Source: Hyunsoonleella sp. 2307UL5-6 (GTDB lineage: Bacteria; Bacteroidota; Bacteroidia; Flavobacteriales; Flavobacteriaceae). Taken from it: a stretch of 64,000 nucleotides of DNA. This document shows, in pieces, positions 56,592 to 64,000 of the stretch (positions within the stretch are counted from its first letter, which is position 1; each line of letters begins with the position of its first letter). The stretch covers positions 14,142 to 78,141 of the forward strand of contig NZ_JBLFEN010000005.1 in the NCBI RefSeq assembly GCF_047345485.1, given 5' to 3'. The position numbers were made by a program, and so were the translations under genes. The notes beneath the pieces are model-generated. The model saw nothing but the letters and a program-made list of their open reading frames with translations. It ran no database searches and was not told where the DNA came from.

Positions 56592-57581
56592 TTACACTAA
56601 ATTATTCTCTATTAAATATTCTGCAATTTGTACGGTATTAGTGGCAGCACCTTTACGTAAATTATCAGCAACAATCCACATATTTAAGGTGTTAGGTTGT
56701 GTTTCGTCACGACGAATACGTCCTACAAAAACCTCATCTTTTTCATGCGCAAAAATTGGCATTGGGTAGCTATTGTTTGCAGTATCATCTTGCACAACAA
56801 CACCAGGTGTATCGGCTAAGAGCGTTCTAACTTCTTTTAAATCAAAATCATTTTCAAACTCAACATTTACAGATTCAGAATGTCCACCAGCGGTTGGTAT
56901 TCTAACAGCTGTGGCAGATACAGAAAATGTTTTATCATTCATTATTTTTTGTGGCTCTCTTGCTAACTTCATTTCTTCTTTGGTATACCCGTTATCCTCA
57001 AACACATCACAGTGTGGTAATGCATTTCTTCCAATAGGATAAGGATACGCCATTTCGCCCTCAACACCAGCAATTTCATTTTCTAATTGACGTACAGCTT
57101 TCACACCAGTACCCGAAACAGATTGGTACGTAGATACCACTACACGCTTCATTTTATATTTTTTGTGAAGCGGATTCAAAGCCATGACTAACTGAATTGT
57201 AGAACAGTTTGGGTTGGCAATAATTTTATCTTCTTTGGTTAACTCATTAGCATTAATCTCAGGAACTACCAATTTTTTAGTAGGATCCATTCTCCAAGCC
57301 GAAGAGTTATCTACCACAGTAGTACCAGCTTCAGCAAATTTTGGTGCCCATTCTAAAGATGTGCCGCCTCCTGCAGAAAATAAAGCAATATCTGGTTTCA
57401 TAGCAACAGCAGTTTCTAAACCAACCACGGTATAATCTTTACCCTTATATGGTAAAATTTTACCTATAGATCGCTCTGAAGCAACAGGAATTAATTCTGT
57501 TATAGGAAAATTACGTTCGGCAAGAACTCTTAACATCACTTCGCCTACCATTCCAGTGGCGCCAACAACAGCTACTTTCAT
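56592..57581 (-). CDS. asd: aspartate-semialdehyde dehydrogenase
   Basis: MKVAVVGATGMVGE NAD-binding start. Active-site Cys in NCSTIQ. 329 aa. Confidence 0.92.
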   Translation of the reverse strand: MKVAVVGATGMVGEVMLRVLAERNFPITELIPVASERSIGKILPYKGKDYTVVGLETAVAMKPDIALFSAGGGTSLEWAPKFAEAGTTVVDNSSAWRMDPTKKLVVPEINANELTKEDKIIANPNCSTIQLVMALNPLHKKYKMKRVVVSTYQSVSGTGVKAVRQLENEIAGVEGEMAYPYPIGRNALPHCDVFEDNGYTKEEMKLAREPQKIMNDKTFSVSATAVRIPTAGGHSESVNVEFENDFDLKEVRTLLADTPGVVVQDDTANNSYPMPIFAHEKDEVFVGRIRRDETQPNTLNMWIVADNLRKGAATNTVQIAEYLIENNLV

Positions 57582-57643
57582 TTTTTTTAACTTTAATTAT
57601 TTTTGAAGAAACAAAACTAACTATTAATTACAATTCTAAATAT

Positions 57644-57681
57644 AAAAAAAGCCCTCATTTTATTAAAACGAGGGCTTTTTA
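57644..57681 (-). terminator. rho-independent (bidirectional) terminator downstream of mscL
   Basis: gccctc-N13-gagggc hairpin flanked by an A-run and a T-run. Confidence 0.7.
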
Positions 57682-57718
57682 ACAACAAATAACAGGTTGT
57701 TATATATTTAACAAGTTG

Positions 57719-58120
57719 TTATTTTTTAAGTGCGTCTCTTATTTCTATAAGTAACTCTTCTTGTGTTGGTCCTGCTGGTGCAGGCTCTTCAGCTGGAGCT
57801 TTAGTTTTATTGTAAGCCTTAACAATTAAGAACATTACAAGTCCAACAATAAGTAAGTTTACTATTGTATTAACCCAAGATCCCCACATAATAGCATTTT
57901 CTGGAGTTGTAACAACACCTGCTGCATCAACAACTGCATCATCTAAAACAATTTTTAATGATGAGAAGTCTGACCCACCTGTAAAGTGACCAACAACTGG
58001 CATTACAATGTTATCTACAAAACCTTTTACAACTAATCCAATTGCTCCGGCCATAATTACAGCAACGGCAAATTCGATAACATTACCACCTGTGATAAAC
58101 TCTTTAAATTCTTTCAACAT
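57719..58120 (-). CDS. mscL: large-conductance mechanosensitive channel
   Basis: MLKEFKEFITGGNVIEFAVAVIMAGAIG typical MscL N-terminus. 133 aa. Confidence 0.9.
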   Translation of the reverse strand: MLKEFKEFITGGNVIEFAVAVIMAGAIGLVVKGFVDNIVMPVVGHFTGGSDFSSLKIVLDDAVVDAAGVVTTPENAIMWGSWVNTIVNLLIVGLVMFLIVKAYNKTKAPAEEPAPAGPTQEELLIEIRDALKK

Positions 58121-58224
58121 AATTTTTAAATTATTAGTTAGTGAATGGCTAATTTAAAAAAAAAATGCAAACTTTAACATTTGTTAAGATTTTTAACTGA
58201 GTTTTTATTTATTAATAGATTATG

Positions 58225-59337
58225 TTATTTTATAATAACTCGTTTTACGCGTTGTGATATACCTGTAATCAATTCATAAGAAATTGTACCAGCACTTTCA
58301 GCTAAGGTTTCAGCAGAAGTAGTATTTCCATCAAAAACTATAACGGTATCACCTTCTTTACAATCAATATTTGTAATATCTACCATAATCATATCCATAC
58401 ATACATTACCAATTATAGGTGCTTTTTTTCTATGAATAGTTACAAAACCTTTAGCGTTACCATAAATTCTACCAATACCATCGGCATGTCCTAGTGGTAA
58501 CGTTGCTGTTTTAGTTACTGTGCCTTCACTTTTAAATGCCCGATTATAACCAACAGAATCTCCCTTTTTAATATGGTGTATTTGAGAAATTACTGTTTTT
58601 AAACTAGCAATAGGTTTTAAATATGTGCTCTCTTTTTTAGAATTACCAAACCCATACATACCAATACCACAACGCACCATATCAAAATTTGCCTCAGGAT
58701 AATTTAAAACTCCCGAAGTATTACTTATATGAAGCATTGGTGTATACCCTATTTTTTTTGAGAAACGTTCTGTTATGTTTTTAAAGTTTTCAATTTGGTT
58801 AAGAGTAAAATTTTGCTCACTTAAATCTTCGCTTGCTGCCAAATGAGAAAATAATGATTTAACTTTTAAAGAATTAGTATTTAGCAACTTATAAATAACA
58901 TCCTCTATGTCACTTTCCAAAAAACCCAAACGATTTAAACCTGTATTAAATTTTATATGTACAGGGTATTTAGTTTGGTTTTTAGCTTCAGCAAATGCTA
59001 TAAACTCGTTTAATATTTTTGTGTTATATAAGTTAGGTTCTAAGCAATTATCAAGAATAACATCAAAATTCACCGCTAATGTATGTAGCACTAAAATAGG
59101 GGTTGTAATACCTGCTTGCCGTAAAGCAACGCCTTCGCTAGCATAGGCCACAGCAAAATAATCAACATTTAAATCTTGTAAATAATTGGCAATTTCATTA
59201 GCATCATTACCATAACCAAATGCTTTTACTACTGCTAAAAATTGTGTGTTATCTTTTAATTTAGATTTTAAATGCTCAAAATTATGTTTCAGTGCTTTTA
59301 AATCTATTTCAAGAAGGGTTTCTTGCGCTTTAAACAT
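58225..59337 (-). CDS. alr: alanine racemase
   Basis: PLP-lysine context AVVKAFGYGND. TIM barrel plus beta C-terminal domain. 370 aa. Confidence 0.88.
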   Translation of the reverse strand: MFKAQETLLEIDLKALKHNFEHLKSKLKDNTQFLAVVKAFGYGNDANEIANYLQDLNVDYFAVAYASEGVALRQAGITTPILVLHTLAVNFDVILDNCLEPNLYNTKILNEFIAFAEAKNQTKYPVHIKFNTGLNRLGFLESDIEDVIYKLLNTNSLKVKSLFSHLAASEDLSEQNFTLNQIENFKNITERFSKKIGYTPMLHISNTSGVLNYPEANFDMVRCGIGMYGFGNSKKESTYLKPIASLKTVISQIHHIKKGDSVGYNRAFKSEGTVTKTATLPLGHADGIGRIYGNAKGFVTIHRKKAPIIGNVCMDMIMVDITNIDCKEGDTVIVFDGNTTSAETLAESAGTISYELITGISQRVKRVIIK

Positions 59338-59978
59338 TAAGATTTCTTTTGTTTAGACGTCACATCTTCAACATCGGTCACTTTCATTTTTTTAATCTTT
59401 TCACTCATAGTAGCCTTGTAATACGCAGCCCTACTTAATGGTTCATATTCATCTACTTCACCCAACATTACTATACTATCATTTGTAGATTTTCTATAAC
59501 TGTATTGTGCTAAATTCCCAGTTCTGGTGCAAACCGCATGTACTTTGGTAACATACTCTGCAGTAGCCATTAAGTTTGGCATTGGTCCAAAAGGATTTCC
59601 TTTAAAATCCATATCTAATCCAGCCACAATTACACGAATGCCTTTATTGGCCAAATCGTTACATACCCGTACTATTTCATCATCAAAAAATTGAGCTTCA
59701 TCTATACCAACCACATCACAACTGTCGGCCAAAATTGGTATGTTTGCGGCAGCAGGAACCGGTGTAGAGCGAATTTGATTTTCGTCGTGGCTTACCACCA
59801 TATCCTCATCATAACGCACATCAATGGCTGGTTTAAAAATCTCAACCTTTTGTTTTGCAAACTGTGCACGTTTAAGACGACGGATTAATTCTTCGGTTTT
59901 TCCTGAGAACATAGAACCACAGATAACCTCAATCCATCCAAATTGTTCTTTATGATTTACTGTATTTTCGAGAAACAT
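59337..59978 (-). CDS. tdk: thymidine kinase
   Basis: P-loop [14 protein letters not shown] and a C-terminal zinc-ribbon cysteine region. 213 aa. Confidence 0.9.
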   Translation of the reverse strand: MFLENTVNHKEQFGWIEVICGSMFSGKTEELIRRLKRAQFAKQKVEIFKPAIDVRYDEDMVVSHDENQIRSTPVPAAANIPILADSCDVVGIDEAQFFDDEIVRVCNDLANKGIRVIVAGLDMDFKGNPFGPMPNLMATAEYVTKVHAVCTRTGNLAQYSYRKSTNDSIVMLGEVDEYEPLSRAAYYKATMSEKIKKMKVTDVEDVTSKQKKS

Positions 59979-60092
59979 TTTGTAATTTTAACACTGGTAC
60001 TAAATAAAGCTAATGCTCGTTTTGTATAAAGGTGGCGTAAATTTATTAAAAGAAAAAGTGTAAAACGCATAAATTTTTAAAATTGTATTAAG

Positions 60093-60842
60093 ATGAAGAA
60101 AAAGCTAGAATCTGACTTAGTAAGTATTGCCCACAGAATTCTTAAACTTAAAGGAAAGGAAGATGTTTTAAAAATGCATGAAGAAGCGCGCATGCTTTAT
60201 GAAAAACTATCGGTTTTAAAATTTGCCCATGAAAACTTTGAAGATGATATACCCACAATAGGCAATAACTCTTCGTTTTTTGATATGCTTGATACAGCGT
60301 TTAATAATAAAATTAGTGACACTATTGAAGTTGAAGATAAAATCTACATTAATCTAGATGATGTTGAAGACGATGATATCTCTGAGCCGGTGATGAACAA
60401 AATTAAGGATATGGTAGAATTTATGCCAGAACAAACTGAACAAGAGCGCGTTGATGCCATTATTGATACTGTTATTCCAAAAAAAGAACATTATAAGAGT
60501 GAATTAGAGGATTTAACAGCAGATTTTAAAGATTTACCTGTTTTTGAACCCGTATCTAAAGTACAGAAGCAAAACGGACAAGAGAAAAAATCGTTAAACG
60601 ATCGTATTAAGAGCCGTGGTTTAACTATTGGTTTAAACGATAAAATAGCGTTCATCAAACATCTCTTTGGTGGAAATACTGCAGATTATGATCGAGTTAT
60701 TTCTCAATTAAACACCATTCAATCTCTAGAAGATGCTAATCGATTTATAGAAACTATTGTAAAACCAGATTACAATAATTGGCTTGGAAAAGAAGAATTT
60801 TCAGAACGTTTTATGGAAGTTATAGCATCTAAATTTAGTTAA
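60093..60842 (+). CDS. acidic hypothetical protein
   Basis: 249 aa, Asp/Glu-rich, no motifs. Confidence 0.5.
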   Translation: MKKKLESDLVSIAHRILKLKGKEDVLKMHEEARMLYEKLSVLKFAHENFEDDIPTIGNNSSFFDMLDTAFNNKISDTIEVEDKIYINLDDVEDDDISEPVMNKIKDMVEFMPEQTEQERVDAIIDTVIPKKEHYKSELEDLTADFKDLPVFEPVSKVQKQNGQEKKSLNDRIKSRGLTIGLNDKIAFIKHLFGGNTADYDRVISQLNTIQSLEDANRFIETIVKPDYNNWLGKEEFSERFMEVIASKFS

Positions 60843-60858
60843 ACTCTTTTTAAAGACT

Positions 60859-61344
60859 TTAAAGTTTATAGGCCTGTTTTACCATGTACTTTACAATTAG
60901 TATATGAAATGGTTTAATTAGTGCCATATAAATTTTTCCGAATGTATTTTTATACTCTACTAAGGTTGTTACCTTTATGTTGTACTGGCTTTCTTTAGAA
61001 TTAAAAACACTTACCCTAAAATTTAAATGTTTATCATCTGCTCCAATTAAAACTTCGTTATCTTCAACACTAAATACCTTAATAAACCCAATGTTGCCAC
61101 CAGATCTAAAATCAGATTTAAAACTTTTGTCCATATCAGTTTTTAAACCAAAAACTTTAACTAAAGCATTACGTAAGCGCATTAAAAACATCACCCTTTT
61201 AGGCATAGTTCCAAAAATTAGATGTGCTATAGTAACTAGTGAATCTTTATGATTTGTCGTTGAAAACGTATCAGTAAAATCTATTTTTGAAAGTGCTTGT
61301 TTAATACCAAATGTATCTGGACTTTGTTCTGTTTTTACAATCAT
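60859..61344 (-). CDS. DUF2867-like protein
   Basis: 161 aa. Divergent from a TetR regulator gene, a common DUF2867 context. Confidence 0.45.
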   Translation of the reverse strand: MIVKTEQSPDTFGIKQALSKIDFTDTFSTTNHKDSLVTIAHLIFGTMPKRVMFLMRLRNALVKVFGLKTDMDKSFKSDFRSGGNIGFIKVFSVEDNEVLIGADDKHLNFRVSVFNSKESQYNIKVTTLVEYKNTFGKIYMALIKPFHILIVKYMVKQAYKL

Positions 61345-61432
61345 AAACTTTATATATTAATTCAAAATTAGGTCAAATATACTAATTTTTTAATAATTAG
61401 GTCAATGTTACTAAATTTAATATATTTGATTT

Positions 61433-62053
61433 ATGAGGAATACTAAAGATAAAATTCTGGTAACCGCCTTAGATTTATTTAACACACAAGGAATGGCTAA
61501 GGTTACTTTAAGGACTATTGCTAGTAAAATGGGCATTAGCCAAGGTAATTTAAATTATCATTTTAAAAAACGAGAAGATATTGTTGAAGCCTTATATTTT
61601 CAAATTGTTGTAAATATAAATCAGGTTATTGCAAATAGTATGCAATCTAAAAATCATTTGGAAAGTGTTTTTAGTATTTCTAAAGCCATTATGTTTACGT
61701 TTTATAAATATCAATTTTTCTTACTAGATTTTGTTTTAATTATGCGGGAGAATAAAAAAATTAAAGCACACTATGTTACGCTAATTAAACAGCGAGAAGC
61801 TGAGTTTTTAAAGATGACTAAGCTATTAATTGATAAAGACTTAATCCGTAAACCAATATTTTCAAATGAATATAATAATCTCTTTAAAAGGTTTCAGATT
61901 TTAAGTGATTTTTGGATGTCTTCAGTAGTTGTAGAACAGGGTAAAATTACTGAAGCATCGGTGGATCAATATTCAGAAATCATTTATCAATCTTTATTCC
62001 CTTATTTAACTTTAAAGGGTCAAGAACTTTATAAGTCAGTATCTTTGGTGTAA
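61433..62053 (+). CDS. TetR/AcrR family transcriptional regulator
   Basis: N-terminal HTH LRTIASKMGISQGNLNYHFKKRE. 206 aa. Confidence 0.85.
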   Translation: MRNTKDKILVTALDLFNTQGMAKVTLRTIASKMGISQGNLNYHFKKREDIVEALYFQIVVNINQVIANSMQSKNHLESVFSISKAIMFTFYKYQFFLLDFVLIMRENKKIKAHYVTLIKQREAEFLKMTKLLIDKDLIRKPIFSNEYNNLFKRFQILSDFWMSSVVVEQGKITEASVDQYSEIIYQSLFPYLTLKGQELYKSVSLV

Positions 62054-62071
62054 TTTTAATTTAAAATTTAG

Positions 62072-62746
62072 ATGAGTAAACTCTTTATAGTACCAACTCC
62101 TATAGGTAATTTAAAAGATATCACATTTCGCGCTATTGATGTTTTAAAAGATGTAGATTTAATTTTAGCCGAAGACACCAGAACTTCAGGAAAACTTTTA
62201 AAACATTTTGAGATTTCTACTCATATGCAATCGCACCACATGCATAATGAGCATAAAACGGTTGACAATATTATTCAAAAACTAAAAGCAGGCTCTTCTG
62301 TAGCGTTGATAAGCGATGCAGGAACACCAGCAATTTCCGATCCTGGATTTTTATTATCTCGTGCCTGTATTGAACATAACATAGAAGTAGATTGTTTACC
62401 TGGTGCAACGGCTTTTGTACCGGCATTGGTAAATTCTGGTTTACCAAACGATAAATTTGTATTTGAAGGGTTTTTGCCTGTAAAAAAAGGCCGCCAAACC
62501 CGACTATTGATTTTAGCTGAAGAAACACGAACTATGATTTTTTACGAAAGTCCACATAAATTAATAAAAACATTAGGGCATTTTTGCGAGTATTTTGGGG
62601 AAGATAGAGTGGTTTCTGTATCTCGAGAATTAACAAAACTATATGAGGAAACCATTCGTGGTACAGCAAAAGAGGTATGGACGCACTATACCAATAAACC
62701 GCCAAAAGGCGAAATTGTAATTGTAGTATCAGGAAAAAGTAAATAA
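62072..62746 (+). CDS. rsmI: 16S rRNA (cytidine1402-2'-O)-methyltransferase
   Basis: LFIVPTPIGNLKDITFRAIDVLKDVDLILAEDTR N-terminus typical of RsmI (tetrapyrrole-methylase fold). Confidence 0.9.
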   Translation: MSKLFIVPTPIGNLKDITFRAIDVLKDVDLILAEDTRTSGKLLKHFEISTHMQSHHMHNEHKTVDNIIQKLKAGSSVALISDAGTPAISDPGFLLSRACIEHNIEVDCLPGATAFVPALVNSGLPNDKFVFEGFLPVKKGRQTRLLILAEETRTMIFYESPHKLIKTLGHFCEYFGEDRVVSVSRELTKLYEETIRGTAKEVWTHYTNKPPKGEIVIVVSGKSK

Positions 62747-62761
62747 CATTAAAATATAAAA

Positions 62762-63106
62762 ATGACTATAACATCTTTTAGAAAAAAATTAAAAGAAAAC
62801 CCAGAACACATTGAGTTTTCTGAAACTATGAGCGTAATTGATGCGCACTATAATTTTACACCAACAGCATTTAAAAACGGTACATTAAAAAATGCTGAAG
62901 GACAAAACTCAGGGTCGTGTAAATTATTTGCTTTTGCTAAAGCGCAAGATTTATCAAAAGATGAAACTTTGGCTTGTTTTGGACAGTATTATTTTGATGA
63001 TGTTTTAAATGATCCAATTGGAGACGGGCATCAAAATATTAGAAATTTTATGAAGAGTGGTTTTGAGGGTTTGAGTTTTGAAAGTGATGCTTTAAAGGAA
63101 AAGTAA
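62762..63106 (+). CDS. HopJ type III effector family protein
   Basis: 114 aa. Resembles the conserved HopJ domain (…NSGSCKLFAFA…). Confidence 0.6.
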   Translation: MTITSFRKKLKENPEHIEFSETMSVIDAHYNFTPTAFKNGTLKNAEGQNSGSCKLFAFAKAQDLSKDETLACFGQYYFDDVLNDPIGDGHQNIRNFMKSGFEGLSFESDALKEK

Positions 63107-63142
63107 CCTGTTAATTCGAGTTTTTTAGAAATTAAAAATAAC

Positions 63143-63655
63143 TTAATACTTATCTAAAAACTTATGCTTTTTCTTTAGCACTCGTTCTTCATTAGCACTC
63201 CAAATACCATAGACTAGAAAAGCTATAAAAATAATTTTCCATAAAATACCTTTAAATAGGAATTGTGGATCAATTGTATATAGAAATATGTAGTATATCA
63301 ACAAAAGCGATAGAGCAAGCGATAGAAAAAGTAAAGGTTTTTTAGGAGATACGTATGCAAATACTCCAAATAGAATAGCTAAAACAGCATAAAAAACAGA
63401 ATTAGTAACACTTTTTGTCTGCGCATAAATAAATACCGCGTTAAACAATTGAAACGCACCAATAATATAAAGGATTTTTTGGGCTTTTGCTTGCGACTCT
63501 TTAGCATTACCTATTTTTGCTTTATTAGATATTTGTTTCCCAATAAAAATAGATTTTTCCTTATCAGTTCCTGATAATGGATATCCACAGTTTTCACAGT
63601 TTATTTCTACTTGAGATACCCCCTCTTTACAATATGCACATTTTTGTTCTGTCAT
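63143..63655 (-). CDS. membrane protein with N-terminal zinc-ribbon
   Basis: CAYCKEG...CENCGYP Cys4 ribbon followed by four TM helices. 170 aa. Confidence 0.5.
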   Translation of the reverse strand: MTEQKCAYCKEGVSQVEINCENCGYPLSGTDKEKSIFIGKQISNKAKIGNAKESQAKAQKILYIIGAFQLFNAVFIYAQTKSVTNSVFYAVLAILFGVFAYVSPKKPLLFLSLALSLLLIYYIFLYTIDPQFLFKGILWKIIFIAFLVYGIWSANEERVLKKKHKFLDKY

Positions 63656-63665
63656 GTGTTTAAAC

Positions 63666-63935
63666 TTAAAAAGGTGCTAAATACTGTTGGTATTTTAATA
63701 TTTCCTCAGGATTTGCTTGAATATCAATTCGTTTTATTTCTTCTTCGTTCTCATTTAATTCAATTAAATATCCCCTCTCATTCTCTTCAAACATCCTAAT
63801 AAACACTTTTAAAGATCCATCTTCATTATAAAACTTCATAGCATCAAAATCATCGTAAGTAGAAACTATATGTTCAGCATATATTTTACCTAATTTTACG
63901 TTTTGAGTAATTTTTCTTCCATCCTTTATAAACAT
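63666..63935 (-). CDS. hypothetical protein
   Basis: 89 aa acidic ORF, co-directional with the next partial ORF. Confidence 0.35.
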   Translation of the reverse strand: MFIKDGRKITQNVKLGKIYAEHIVSTYDDFDAMKFYNEDGSLKVFIRMFEENERGYLIELNENEEEIKRIDIQANPEEILKYQQYLAPF

Positions 63936-64000
63936 TTGAGATTGTATCCCTCCTATAATATCATAAGAAATAGATTCTATAATTTTTTCCTTTTCAATTT

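Overview
This is a low-GC (about one third G+C) chromosomal segment with Flavobacteriaceae-type genes. It contains a T9SS C-terminal-domain protein, LytTR two-component pairs and FAS-II genes. The housekeeping backbone comprises a GlgE/GlgC/GT4-glucan-synthase cluster, lepA, dusB, rbfA, a yceD-rpmF-fabH-accB-accC operon, ribE, pdxA, asd, mscL, alr, tdk and rsmI. It is interrupted by several accessory islands. (i) An MmeI-family Type IIL restriction-modification enzyme sits in a tight operon with two overlapping unknown genes. (ii) A CAT-anticodon tRNA has a partial 5' duplication created by a small GIY-YIG nuclease gene whose stop codon lies inside the tRNA. (iii) A flotillin/YqiJ(NfeD-like) operon also encodes a 1634-aa AAA+ (MoxR/AAA_5-like) protein. 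(iv) A roughly 10-kb biosynthetic cluster combines a type III polyketide synthase with a methyltransferase, an FAD-dependent oxidoreductase, a dedicated ACP, KAS, FabZ-like dehydratase, FabL-like enoyl reductase and PPTase, plus an MMPL exporter. This resembles srsABC/ars-type phenolic-lipid biosynthesis. (v) A tiny secreted pre-peptide carries a PEP-CTERM-like C-terminal sorting signal. The window also carries at least three families of short palindromic or MITE-like repeats. One 31-bp hairpin family occurs 7 times, 4 of them in intergenic spacers of the PKS cluster. All calls rest on reading the sequence and on motif recall only. No database search was run.
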